This document shows, piece by piece, positions 50,467-59,215 of a DNA stretch of 64,000 nt. The notes under the pieces were generated by a model, which saw nothing but the letters and a program-made list of their open reading frames with translations, made no database searches and was not told the origin of the DNA. This DNA comes from Thermomonas sp. (GTDB lineage Bacteria > Pseudomonadota > Gammaproteobacteria > Xanthomonadales > Xanthomonadaceae), in NCBI RefSeq assembly GCF_035369645.1, contig NZ_DAOOUM010000001.1:21491-85490 (forward strand), given 5' to 3'. Within the stretch, counting starts at the first letter, position 1. Each line of letters starts with the position of its first letter. The position numbers and the translations under genes were made by a program.

Positions 50467-50823
50467 TTATTTGTCGCTGCGGCCAAGTTTGGAAATGATC
50501 CAGCCGGCGGCAAAGGCCACGCCAAACGCGGCCAGTGGGCGCTCGCGGATCAATTCGGCAGCGCTGTCCAACAGGTCGCGGCCTTTGTCCATCAGGGCGT
50601 TGACTTGTTCGCCAGCCGCACCGCCCAGATGTTCAGCTGCACCCAAGCCGGCCACTGCGCCGTCGGCCAGTTCGGATTTCACCTGCGCCTTGCCCACACG
50701 CAGCTCATCGCCGGCGGCACTGGCCGCGCTTTTGATAGCACCACCTGCTGCGGTGGCGGCTTGCTTCAAATGCGAGCCGGCATCGCCCAGATTGCTCTTG
50801 ACTGCTTCGGTGTGTTCGCTCAT
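50467..50823 (-). CDS. ElaB/YqjD/DUF883-like tail-anchored protein
   Basis: Ala-rich helical body; C-terminal IRERPLAAFGVAFAAGWIISKL tail anchor. Confidence 0.8.
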   Translation of the reverse strand: MSEHTEAVKSNLGDAGSHLKQAATAAGGAIKSAASAAGDELRVGKAQVKSELADGAVAGLGAAEHLGGAAGEQVNALMDKGRDLLDSAAELIRERPLAAFGVAFAAGWIISKLGRSDK

Positions 50824-50897
50824 CTGCCGCGCCTCGTTGGGAAGTGGGGGAGTGCCAAGTGTGGCACCGTTTACTGAAGTGTGCTTCGGCGCATTTT

Positions 50898-52325
50898 TCA
50901 GCGCATTTGCAGTTGCCCACTGACATTGCCGCGCAAGATCCGCAGCACCAATTGCTGCGGCGGCTTGGTCAGGCTGGCGCGGAAACCGGTAAGGTCGCTG
51001 AACTCGCCGCTGCTGGCGGCCAGCACCACATCGCCGCGTTGCAAGCCGTTTTGTGCCGCGCGACTGCCACGGCTGACATCTTCCACCAAGACCCCAGACA
51101 AGCCTTGCCGGCGCAGGGATTCGGGCAGGTCGGCAAAGCTGGCGCCGCTCAGGCGCGCATCCAGCGGCGCACCGGCCAGCGCTTTGGGGGCTTCGCGCAG
51201 GTCGCTGCGCAGTTGCAGCGGCTTGCCGTCGCGACGCACCTCCAATGTCACCTTGGCATCGGCGGCTTGCAGGCCTTGGAAGTTGCGCAACGCCTCGGCG
51301 TTGTCGATGGCCTGCCCATTGGCGGCCACCACCACATCCCCCACCTTCAAGCCGGCCAGACCAGCCGCAGAACCGGGATACACGCGGGTCACGATGGCAC
51401 CGCGTGCTTCATTCAAACCCAAGCCTTTGGCCAGCCGGGCATCCACATCCTGTGTATCAATGCCCAAGGTGCCACGCCGCACCACACCGCCGCGCAGCAA
51501 TTGGTCTTTGATGCGGGTGGCCAAGTTGGCGGGAATCGCAAAGCCCAGCCCAATATTGCCGGCCATCGAGCCGCGTGGGTTGAAGCTGGCGGTATTGATC
51601 CCAACCAGTTCGCCGTTGAGGTTGACCAGCGCGCCGCCGGAATTGCCGGGGTTGATGCTGGCATCGGTCTGGATGAAGTTTTGGAAGCCGGCACCGGGCA
51701 GGTTGTTGCGGCCAACCGCCGACACGATGCCGGAGGTAACCGTCTGGCCGACGCCAAACGGGTTGCCGATGGCGACGACGAAATCGCCAATTTGCAGCTT
51801 GTCGCTATCGGCCACCGGAAGCGCGGCCAAATTTTGCGCGGGGATGCGCATCAGCGCGATGTCGGTGTCGGCATCGTTGCCAACAAATTCCGCCTTCAGC
51901 GTGCGCCCATCGGCCAGCGTGACCTGCACTTCGTCGGCATCCTCCACCACATGGTTATTGGTCAGCACCAGGCCGCGCTGCGCATCGATGATCACGCCTG
52001 AGCCCAGCGACTGCGCGATGCGTTCTTCAGGGATGCCAAACATGCGGCGGAAAATGGGGTCATCACCAAATGGCGTATTCACCCGCACCCGCTGTTTGGT
52101 ATTCACGCTGACGATGGTCGGCAGCACTTTTTTCAACATCGGTGCCAGTGAGGGCATCGGTGTGTTGGCCACCGCCATCGGCAAGGTGCCGCCAACTGGT
52201 GCGGGCGACGCGGCCGGGGCGGCGCTGGCGGGGTGTTCCAGCAGCAAATTCAACGATGTGGCAGCAAAGCCGCCAAATGCGGCGGCAGCGGTCAGGGCGA
52301 GCAAGGTTTTGGTGGCGGTTTTCAT
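50898..52325 (-). CDS. degQ: HtrA-family (DegP/DegQ) serine protease
   Basis: SLGSGVII, LTNNHVV, DTDIAL, FIQTDASINPGNSGGALVN, two PDZ domains. Confidence 0.88.
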   Translation of the reverse strand: MKTATKTLLALTAAAAFGGFAATSLNLLLEHPASAAPAASPAPVGGTLPMAVANTPMPSLAPMLKKVLPTIVSVNTKQRVRVNTPFGDDPIFRRMFGIPEERIAQSLGSGVIIDAQRGLVLTNNHVVEDADEVQVTLADGRTLKAEFVGNDADTDIALMRIPAQNLAALPVADSDKLQIGDFVVAIGNPFGVGQTVTSGIVSAVGRNNLPGAGFQNFIQTDASINPGNSGGALVNLNGELVGINTASFNPRGSMAGNIGLGFAIPANLATRIKDQLLRGGVVRRGTLGIDTQDVDARLAKGLGLNEARGAIVTRVYPGSAAGLAGLKVGDVVVAANGQAIDNAEALRNFQGLQAADAKVTLEVRRDGKPLQLRSDLREAPKALAGAPLDARLSGASFADLPESLRRQGLSGVLVEDVSRGSRAAQNGLQRGDVVLAASSGEFSDLTGFRASLTKPPQQLVLRILRGNVSGQLQMR

Positions 52326-52600
52326 CGAGCGATTGCGTGCAAACGTAAGGGTGTCAGGACAAGTATTGCCGAGTCTTGCTGCCAATCACGCAATCGCGGC
52401 TGAAGCTAGGGCAAATGGGCTGATTGATTGCGCAGCGCAGCAAGGGTTTCGCATTCAGATTCACGGAGGGTGCATTGCTGTTGTCGTGAAACCCGCGTCA
52501 CTGGCCGATGTCAGCCTGAGGGGCAAAATTGCAAGGCGCGCGCGATAAATTTTGACGTTGACTTGGGCCCGGCCAGTGGTAATGTTCTCGGCTGGCATCC

Positions 52601-52616
52601 CCACTACATCTAGTGG
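52601..52616 (+). promoter_or_regulatory. NrdR box 1
   Basis: CCACTACATCTAGTGG fits the NrdR consensus acaCwAtATaTwGtgt and lies upstream of nrdJa. Confidence 0.8.
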
Positions 52617-52631
52617 TTGCTCTTTCGGGAA

Positions 52632-52647
52632 TGCCCATTTCTTGTGG
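52632..52647 (+). promoter_or_regulatory. NrdR box 2 (weaker)
   Basis: TGCCCATTTCTTGTGG, 31 bp after box 1, the typical tandem spacing. Confidence 0.6.
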
Positions 52648-52790
52648 CTGCGGGGGCGTTGCAAGGGGTGGTGATGGGGCTGTTGGCGCTGATGATTACG
52701 GCGAGCAACAACGGGATTGATGCGCCAGCGCGTGACCGTGATGAGAGGTTGTGCGATGCGGATAGTGGATAGACAGGAGAGTCGAACAGC

Positions 52791-54941
52791 ATGAGTACGG
52801 CGAGGTTGGAAGCGGTGAACACGGACGCAAATCAAGAGATCCCGATGCAGCCGGCGTCGGTGGATATCTGGGACAAAAAGTATCGTCTCAAGACCAAGTC
52901 CGGGCAGGCGTTGGATGCCGATATCGACGCCACCTACCAGCGCGTGGCCAAGGCGCTGGCACTGGCCGAGCCCACCGTCGAGCTGCAGCATTACTGGCAG
53001 GATCGCTTCACTTGGGCGCTGCGTCGTGGCGCGATTCCGGCTGGCCGCATCACCTCCAATGCCGGCGCGCAGGAACACAAGCCGGCCACATCGACCATCA
53101 ATTGCACCGTCTCCGGCACGATTGAAGATTCGATGGACGGCATCCTCGAAAAAGTGCATGAAGCCGGGCTGACGCTGAAGGCCGGTTGCGGCATTGGCTA
53201 TGAGTTTTCCACGTTGCGCCCGAAGGGTGCGTTCGTGGCCGGTGCTGGCGCGTATACCTCCGGCCCGCTGTCGTTCATGGATATCTTCGACAAGATGTGC
53301 TTCACCGTGTCCAGCGCCGGTGGCCGCCGTGGCGCGCAGATGGGGACGTTCGATGTGTCACATCCGGACGTGAAAGATTTCATCCGCGCCAAGCGCGAAG
53401 ACGGCCGTCTGCGGCAGTTCAACCTGTCCTTGCTGATCACCGACGGCTTCATGCAGGCGGTGGAAGATGACGCCGACTGGCCGCTGGTGTTTCCGGTGAA
53501 TAGCAAAGAACGCGGCGAAATCAATCTGGACGATGCCAGTCAAGTGGTCTGGCGCGAATGGTCAGCGCACCGTAACTATGTCGTGCGTGATGATGGCTTG
53601 GTGGCTTGCAAGATTTACGGCCACATTCGCGCCCGCCACCTGTGGGACATGATCATGGTCTCCACGTATGACTACGCCGAGCCGGGCTTCATCCTGATCG
53701 ACAAGGTCAATCAGATGAACAACAACTGGTGGTGCGAGACCATTCGCGCCACCAATCCCTGCGGCGAGCAGCCGTTGCCGCCATATGGCGCGTGCCTGCT
53801 GGGCTCGGTCAACTTGACCAAGTTCGTGCGCAATGCCTTCACCGACCAGGCCACGTTTGACTGGGAGGAATACAAGGAAGTGGTGCGCGTGTTCACCCGC
53901 ATGCTGGACAACGTGGTGGAGGTCAACGGCCTGCCGCTGCGGCAGCAGCGCGATGAAATCTTGCGCAAGCGTCGCCACGGCATGGGCTTTTTGGGGCTGG
54001 GCAGCACCATGACCATGCTCAAGATGCAGTACGGCAGCAAGCAGTCCTGCGAATTTACCGAAGCCATCGCCCGCGAAATGGCAGTGGCCGGTTGGGAAAC
54101 TGGTCTTGCGCTGGCGAAGGAAAAAGGGCCTGCGCCGATCATGGATGAGGTGTTCGACGTCAGCGCAGAAATGCTGCGCAAGCGTCCGGAAATGGGCAAG
54201 GACGGTTGGAAAATCGGCCAGAAAATCGAAGGCCGCGTGCTGCACGCCAAGTACAGCCGCTACATGCAGCAAGTGGCCAGCGTGGCACCGGACTTGGTGG
54301 ATGCATTGGCCGAAGTGGGCTGCCGTTTCACCCACCATAGTTCGATTGCGCCCACCGGCACCATTTCGCTGTCGTTGGCCAATAACGCCAGCAACGGCAT
54401 CGAGCCCAGCTTTGCTCACCACTACAGCCGTAATGTGATTCGTGAAGGCAAAAAATCCAAAGAAAAAGTCGATGTGTTTTCGTTTGAATTGCTGGCCTAT
54501 CGCGAGCTGATCAACGCCAAGGCGATGCCCTTTTCCGAAGATGCTACGGCTAAGTTACCGGACTACTTCATCAGTGCTGATGACATCAGTCCGAAAGAAC
54601 ATGTCGATGTGCAGGCAGCGGCACAAAAGTGGGTGGACTCCTCCATCTCCAAAACCGCCAATGTGCCCACCGACTATCCCTACGAAGACTTCAAAGACAT
54701 CTACCGCTACGCCTACCAGCAAGGTCTCAAGGGCTGCACCACCTTCCGCTTCAATCCTGCGGCTTTCCAAGGCGTGCTGGTGAAGGAAGCCGATCTTGAA
54801 AACACCACCTACCGCTTCGAGCTGGAGGATGGGCAAGTGGTGGAAGTGAAAGGCAACGAGCAAATTGAATATGACGGCGAGCTGCACACCGCCGCCAACT
54901 TGTTTGATGCGCTGAAAGAAGGCTATTACGGCAAGTTCTGA
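52791..54941 (+). CDS. nrdJa: Class II (adenosylcobalamin-dependent) ribonucleotide reductase, large part
   Basis: IPAGRI, TINCTVSG, GRRGAQM, ATNPCGEQPL, CLLGSVNL, SIAPTGTIS, GIEP, KGCTTFR; ends EGYYGKF with no C-terminal Cys tail; no intein seen. Confidence 0.93.
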   Translation: MSTARLEAVNTDANQEIPMQPASVDIWDKKYRLKTKSGQALDADIDATYQRVAKALALAEPTVELQHYWQDRFTWALRRGAIPAGRITSNAGAQEHKPATSTINCTVSGTIEDSMDGILEKVHEAGLTLKAGCGIGYEFSTLRPKGAFVAGAGAYTSGPLSFMDIFDKMCFTVSSAGGRRGAQMGTFDVSHPDVKDFIRAKREDGRLRQFNLSLLITDGFMQAVEDDADWPLVFPVNSKERGEINLDDASQVVWREWSAHRNYVVRDDGLVACKIYGHIRARHLWDMIMVSTYDYAEPGFILIDKVNQMNNNWWCETIRATNPCGEQPLPPYGACLLGSVNLTKFVRNAFTDQATFDWEEYKEVVRVFTRMLDNVVEVNGLPLRQQRDEILRKRRHGMGFLGLGSTMTMLKMQYGSKQSCEFTEAIAREMAVAGWETGLALAKEKGPAPIMDEVFDVSAEMLRKRPEMGKDGWKIGQKIEGRVLHAKYSRYMQQVASVAPDLVDALAEVGCRFTHHSSIAPTGTISLSLANNASNGIEPSFAHHYSRNVIREGKKSKEKVDVFSFELLAYRELINAKAMPFSEDATAKLPDYFISADDISPKEHVDVQAAAQKWVDSSISKTANVPTDYPYEDFKDIYRYAYQQGLKGCTTFRFNPAAFQGVLVKEADLENTTYRFELEDGQVVEVKGNEQIEYDGELHTAANLFDALKEGYYGKF

Positions 54942-55042
54942 ATCTGCTTAAAGCACTGGCTACAACTCTGTCTAAAGCAGCGGCCACAGGCGTAGCATCG
55001 GTTTTGCAACACCCCAACCACCACGCCCCATGAGGAGGGCAC

Positions 55043-55561
55043 ATGAGCAATGGAGATGGAGTGACGGCAATGGTGTCGGATGCCGTTGAAACTGCGAAGG
55101 AAAAGGCGGCAGAACTTGGCGGTGCAGCCGCCAATACTGCCAGTGCGACCGTGGCCAAGATGAAGAAGGCAGCAAAGTCGGCAGAAAAAACCGTGAAGGC
55201 CAAGGTTGCCAACGCCAAGAAAGCAGTGAAAAAGGCAGTGGCAACGACCAAGAAAAAATTGGCCAGTGCCAGCAAAGATGCAAAGAAGGAAGTGGCCAGC
55301 CTGAAGAAGAAAGTGGCGGCCAAAAAGCCCGCGGCAAAATCGCCATCTGCGAAGCCTGCGGTGAAAAAAGCCGCAGCCAAGAAGGCGCCAGCCAAAAAAG
55401 TTGCAGCCAAAAAAGTCACTGCGAAGAAAGCGCCCGCCAAGTCCGCAGCGACCAAAAAATCCGTTGCCAAGCCGGCAGTGAAAAAAGTGGTCAAAAAAGT
55501 AGCCAAGAAAGCAGCCAAGAAGGCAGTCAAGAAGGCAGTCAAGAAGACCGCGAGCAAGTAA
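55043..55561 (+). CDS. Histone H1-like (Hc2/AlgP-type) Lys/Ala-rich protein
   Basis: GAGGAG RBS; about 53 Lys in 172 aa by hand count; repeated AKKA/PAKK/AVKK units; no aromatic residues. Confidence 0.85.
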   Translation: MSNGDGVTAMVSDAVETAKEKAAELGGAAANTASATVAKMKKAAKSAEKTVKAKVANAKKAVKKAVATTKKKLASASKDAKKEVASLKKKVAAKKPAAKSPSAKPAVKKAAAKKAPAKKVAAKKVTAKKAPAKSAATKKSVAKPAVKKVVKKVAKKAAKKAVKKAVKKTASK

Positions 55562-55578
55562 TTTCGCGTCATCGTGCC

Positions 55579-55597
55579 CGCCCGGCTTCGCCGGGCG
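55579..55597 (+). terminator. GC-rich hairpin between the H1-like gene and nrdJb
   Basis: CGCCCGGC-TTC-GCCGGGCG; no clear U-tract. Confidence 0.4.
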
Positions 55598-55653
55598 TGG
55601 TACCTACACCCGCAACAACGCACACATTTACCGCACACAGCAGAGTCAAGCGC

Positions 55654-56436
55654 ATGACCGTCCGGATCGACAAGAAAATCAAGGGTTACACCGTTCTCAC
55701 CGCAGACGACAAGGCGAAGCAAAGCGCCCATGCCGAGGCTGTCGCGGCGCAGGTCGATAGCGCTGCGACCGATAACGTCATCCAGATGCACGAGCGCATC
55801 GAGCGCCCGGAAGTGCTGATTGGCAGCACCTACAAAATCAAGTCGCCGCTGGTGGAACACGCGATGTATGTGACCATCAACGACATCGTGTTGAATGCCG
55901 ATACCACGCACGAGCACCGTCGCCCGTTCGAAATTTTCATCAACTGCAAGTCGATGGAGCACTTTCAATGGATCGTGGCGCTGACCCGCATCATGTCGGC
56001 GGTGTTCCGCAAGGGTGGTGACGTCACCTTCATCGTCGATGAAATGAAAGCCGTGTTCGACCCGCGCGGTGGCTACTTCAAAGCCGGTGGCGTGTATATG
56101 CCGTCACTGGTGGCAGAGTTGGGCAGCATCGTCGAAGACCATCTCAAATCCATTGGCATGTTGCACGATCCGGAGATGAGCGATGCCCAGCGCGCATTGA
56201 TTGCTGAAAAGCGCCGCGCCTACGAGCAAAATCAAAAAAAAAACACGGAAAACTTGATCGCGGGCAGTGATGTCATCCGCAGTGCGGCCAGTCACCCCGA
56301 AGATATCGAAATCACCGGCGACGGTGCCACCTTTCCGCCCAGTGCCACCTTGTGCCACAAGTGCAATACCAAGGCGCTGGTGATTATGGATGGCTGCGCG
56401 ACATGCTTGAATTGCGGATATAGCAAATGCGGTTGA
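55654..56436 (+). CDS. nrdJb: Class II ribonucleotide reductase small part NrdJb (TSCPD domain + C-terminal Cys cluster)
   Basis: RPEVLIGSTYKIK, MYVTIND, RPFEIFIN, ALTRIMSAVFRKGG; ends CHKC...DGCATCLNCGYSKCG. Confidence 0.9.
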   Translation: MTVRIDKKIKGYTVLTADDKAKQSAHAEAVAAQVDSAATDNVIQMHERIERPEVLIGSTYKIKSPLVEHAMYVTINDIVLNADTTHEHRRPFEIFINCKSMEHFQWIVALTRIMSAVFRKGGDVTFIVDEMKAVFDPRGGYFKAGGVYMPSLVAELGSIVEDHLKSIGMLHDPEMSDAQRALIAEKRRAYEQNQKKNTENLIAGSDVIRSAASHPEDIEITGDGATFPPSATLCHKCNTKALVIMDGCATCLNCGYSKCG

Positions 56437-56553
56437 GGCAGGCGCACTCTTTTGGCTGACTCATCAACGCTTGGGGTGAACCTATCCGTGCGGCAGTGAC
56501 TGGGCATTGGTAAGCCGGCTATGCTTTGACCTCACCCGTCCCGAGTTTGCTTC

Positions 56554-57771
56554 ATGCCTCTCTACCGCTACAAAGCCCTCAACGCGCGCGGCGAATTGCT
56601 GGATGGGCAAATGGAGGCCACCAGCGATGCCGAGGTGGCATCGCGTCTGCAAGAGCAAGGGCACTTGCCGGTGGAGGCCAAATTAGCCAGTGCGGCGGGT
56701 GCCGAATCGGTGTGGCGTGGGTTGTTCAAGCCGCAGCTGTTTGCCGGGCAGAAGCTGGTGCAGTTCACCCAGCAATTGGCCACCTTGCTGGGGGCCGGCC
56801 AGCCGTTAGACCGCGCGTTGGGCATCTTGCTGGAATTGCCTGAAGACGCGGCAGCCAAGCGCACCATCACCGATATTCGCGATGCCGTGCGCGGTGGGGC
56901 GTCGCTGTCGGCGGCGCTGGAACGCCAGCACGGCACGTTTGGGCGGCTGTACGTGAACATGGTGCGTGCCGGTGAGGCTGGCGGCAGTTTGCACGACACC
57001 TTGCAGCGTCTGGCCGACTATCTGGAGCGTGCCAGTGCGCTGCGTGGACGGGTGATCAATGCTTTGGTGTATCCGGCCATCTTGTTGTTGATGGTGGGGT
57101 TGTCGCTGCTGTTTTTGCTGGGCTATGTGGTGCCGCAGTTTGCTGCGATGTATGAAAGCCTGGATGCCAAATTGCCGTGGTTCTCGCAACTGGTGCTGGG
57201 GCTGGGGATGTTTGTGCGGCATTGGTGGATTTTAATTTTGGCGCTGCCCTTGCTGGCGCTGCTGTGGCTGGAGCGCAAACGCCGCGACCCGGCGTTCATG
57301 CTGGCGTTTGATCGCTGGTTGTTGCGGCAAAAATTGGCTGGGCCGTTGGTGGCCAAGCTGGATACCGCGCGGCTGGCGCGCACCTTGGGCACCTTGCTGC
57401 GCAATGGCGTGCCGCTGCTGGCGGCGCTGGGCATTGCCCGGAATGTGCTGGATAACCGAGTGTTGGCTGCAGATGTGGAAGCGGCGGCTGGTGAGGTGAA
57501 AAACGGCATTGGTTTGTCGATGGCATTGAGCAAGGGCAAGCGCTTCCCACGCCTGGCCTTGCAGATGATTCAGGTGGGTGAAGAGTCCGGTGCCTTGGAT
57601 GCCATGCTGCTGAAAACTGCCGACACTTTTGAGCAGGAAACCTCGGTGGCGATGGATCGCTTGCTGGCGGCACTGGTGCCGGCGGTGACGTTGTTGCTGG
57701 CGGTGGTGGTGGGTGTGGTGATCTTGTCGGTGCTGACGCCCATTTACGATCTCACCAATGTGGTGGGGTAA
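56554..57771 (+). CDS. gspF: Type II secretion inner-membrane platform protein F
   Basis: MPLYRYKALN, FTQQLATLLGAG, NMVRAGEAGGSL, ALVYPAIL, MIQVGEESGALD. Confidence 0.95.
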   Translation: MPLYRYKALNARGELLDGQMEATSDAEVASRLQEQGHLPVEAKLASAAGAESVWRGLFKPQLFAGQKLVQFTQQLATLLGAGQPLDRALGILLELPEDAAAKRTITDIRDAVRGGASLSAALERQHGTFGRLYVNMVRAGEAGGSLHDTLQRLADYLERASALRGRVINALVYPAILLLMVGLSLLFLLGYVVPQFAAMYESLDAKLPWFSQLVLGLGMFVRHWWILILALPLLALLWLERKRRDPAFMLAFDRWLLRQKLAGPLVAKLDTARLARTLGTLLRNGVPLLAALGIARNVLDNRVLAADVEAAAGEVKNGIGLSMALSKGKRFPRLALQMIQVGEESGALDAMLLKTADTFEQETSVAMDRLLAALVPAVTLLLAVVVGVVILSVLTPIYDLTNVVG

Positions 57772-57839
57772 ACCCGGCATTTGAGCGACAATTGCGGCGA
57801 CATCCGTGGTATTTCTTCCTCATTCTGTGGGCTGAGTTC

Positions 57840-58271
57840 ATGCGCAAGCGTCAATTTTCAACATCCCTATCGAAGGCCGCACAGTGCGGATTTTCGCTGA
57901 TCGAAATCATCGTGGTGGTGGTGCTGATTGGCGGCATCGTGGCGTTTGCCGCCTCACGTATCTTGGGTGGTGGTGATCGCGCCAAGGTCAAATTGACGCA
58001 GGCGCAGTTGCAAACCTTGGCCGAGAAAATCGACCAGTACAAAATGGACACCGGCGCACTGCCACCCAGCTTGGATGCGCTGGTCACCGCGCCTAGCGGT
58101 ACCCAAGGCTGGTTGGGGCCGTATGCCAAGGCCGGTGACTTGAATGACCAATGGATGCACCCGCTGCAATACAAAGTGCCGGGCGAGGGTAAGCCGTTCG
58201 AACTGGTCAGCTATGGCGCCGATGGCAAGCCTGGCGGCGAGAGTGTGAACGCCGATATCAAGTCCGAATAA
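57840..58271 (+). CDS. gspG: T2SS major pseudopilin G
   Basis: GFSLIEIIVV prepilin motif, WLGPYA, DQWMHPLQY, SYGADGKPGG. Confidence 0.95.
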   Translation: MRKRQFSTSLSKAAQCGFSLIEIIVVVVLIGGIVAFAASRILGGGDRAKVKLTQAQLQTLAEKIDQYKMDTGALPPSLDALVTAPSGTQGWLGPYAKAGDLNDQWMHPLQYKVPGEGKPFELVSYGADGKPGGESVNADIKSE

Positions 58272-58277
58272 GTCTGC

Positions 58278-58793
58278 TTGCGCGTACCCACCGTGATGAT
58301 GCGTCCGCAGCGCCCCGCACTTGGTTTCTCGTTGCTGGAAATGCTACTGGTGCTGGTGTTGATTGCTGCTGCCACCTTGTTGGCGATGGCGGCCTTCAGC
58401 GGCGGCTTGCGGGGCATCCAATTGCGTGCGGCGGCCAACGATATGGCCGCACAAATGCGGTTTTCACGCGCAGTGGCGATTGCCAGCGGACAGCCGCAAG
58501 ACGTGGTGATCGACCCGGTGGCACGTACATGGACAGCGGCCAAGGGCCGGCATGGGCAATTGCCTGCAACGGGTGAAATCGTGTTTACCGGCGCAGGTGC
58601 CGCGCAATTGGGCATTGTGAAATCGAGCATCGTGACAGCGGACGACGCCCAGCAAGGAGCGGTGCGGTTTTTTCCGGATGGTGCGGCCACCGGCGGGCGT
58701 CTGCGTTTGCAGGCAGGTGGCAGCGGCTGGGATGTCAATGTGCGGTGGTTGACCGGCGAAGTCCGCGTGCAACGTGCGGAGCCTGCACCATGA
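58278..58793 (+). CDS. gspH: T2SS minor pseudopilin H
   Basis: GFSLLEMLLV, VRFFPDGAATGG, WLTGEV. Confidence 0.9.
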   Translation: MRVPTVMMRPQRPALGFSLLEMLLVLVLIAAATLLAMAAFSGGLRGIQLRAAANDMAAQMRFSRAVAIASGQPQDVVIDPVARTWTAAKGRHGQLPATGEIVFTGAGAAQLGIVKSSIVTADDAQQGAVRFFPDGAATGGRLRLQAGGSGWDVNVRWLTGEVRVQRAEPAP

Positions 58794-59215
58794 CGCCGCA
58801 CCGCCACGCTGGCTTTACCCTGATCGAAATTCTGGTCGCGTTTGCCGTGCTGGCGTTGGGCTTGACCTTATTGCTGGGCACCTTGTCCGGGGCTAGCCGG
58901 CAACTGCGTCAAGGCGGCGATGCAGGCCGTGCCGCCTTGCTGGCGCAATCGCTATTGGAAGACCGATTGGCACTGTTGCAAGCGCCACTGCAACAACAAG
59001 GCCGGCTGGAAAACGGGCGCTACCAATGGCAGCTTGCGGTCACCCCGTGGCAGGATCCGCAGCCGCGCAAGACGCAGACGCCACAGGATCCTTTCGCGGC
59101 GCGCCTGTTGCATGTGCAGTTGGATATGCAGTGGGGCGATGCGGGCCCCACGCAGCAATTGCACGTGTCATCGCTGCGTCTGGTGCTGCCCCCCAAACTG
59201 GAGGAAGGCAAGTGA
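58790..59215 (+). CDS. gspI: T2SS minor pseudopilin I
   Basis: GFTLIEILVAFAVL; position in the cluster. Confidence 0.9.
   Translation: MTPHRHAGFTLIEILVAFAVLALGLTLLLGTLSGASRQLRQGGDAGRAALLAQSLLEDRLALLQAPLQQQGRLENGRYQWQLAVTPWQDPQPRKTQTPQDPFAARLLHVQLDMQWGDAGPTQQLHVSSLRLVLPPKLEEGK

Noticed and set aside
52617-52790. Cobalamin riboswitch in the nrdJa leader (GGGAATGCCC seen)
   Set aside because: The B12-box and the GCCCCCGCAACTGT-type core are absent.
54995-55035. Sigma32 promoter for the H1-like gene (TTGCAA...CCCCATGA)
   Set aside because: Spacer of 16 bp is too long, the -35 is poor, and the -10 abuts the RBS.
55480-55550. AAGAAGGCAGTC-type tandem repeats
   Set aside because: They encode the KKAV/KKAA repeats of the H1-like protein and are not an independent DNA element.
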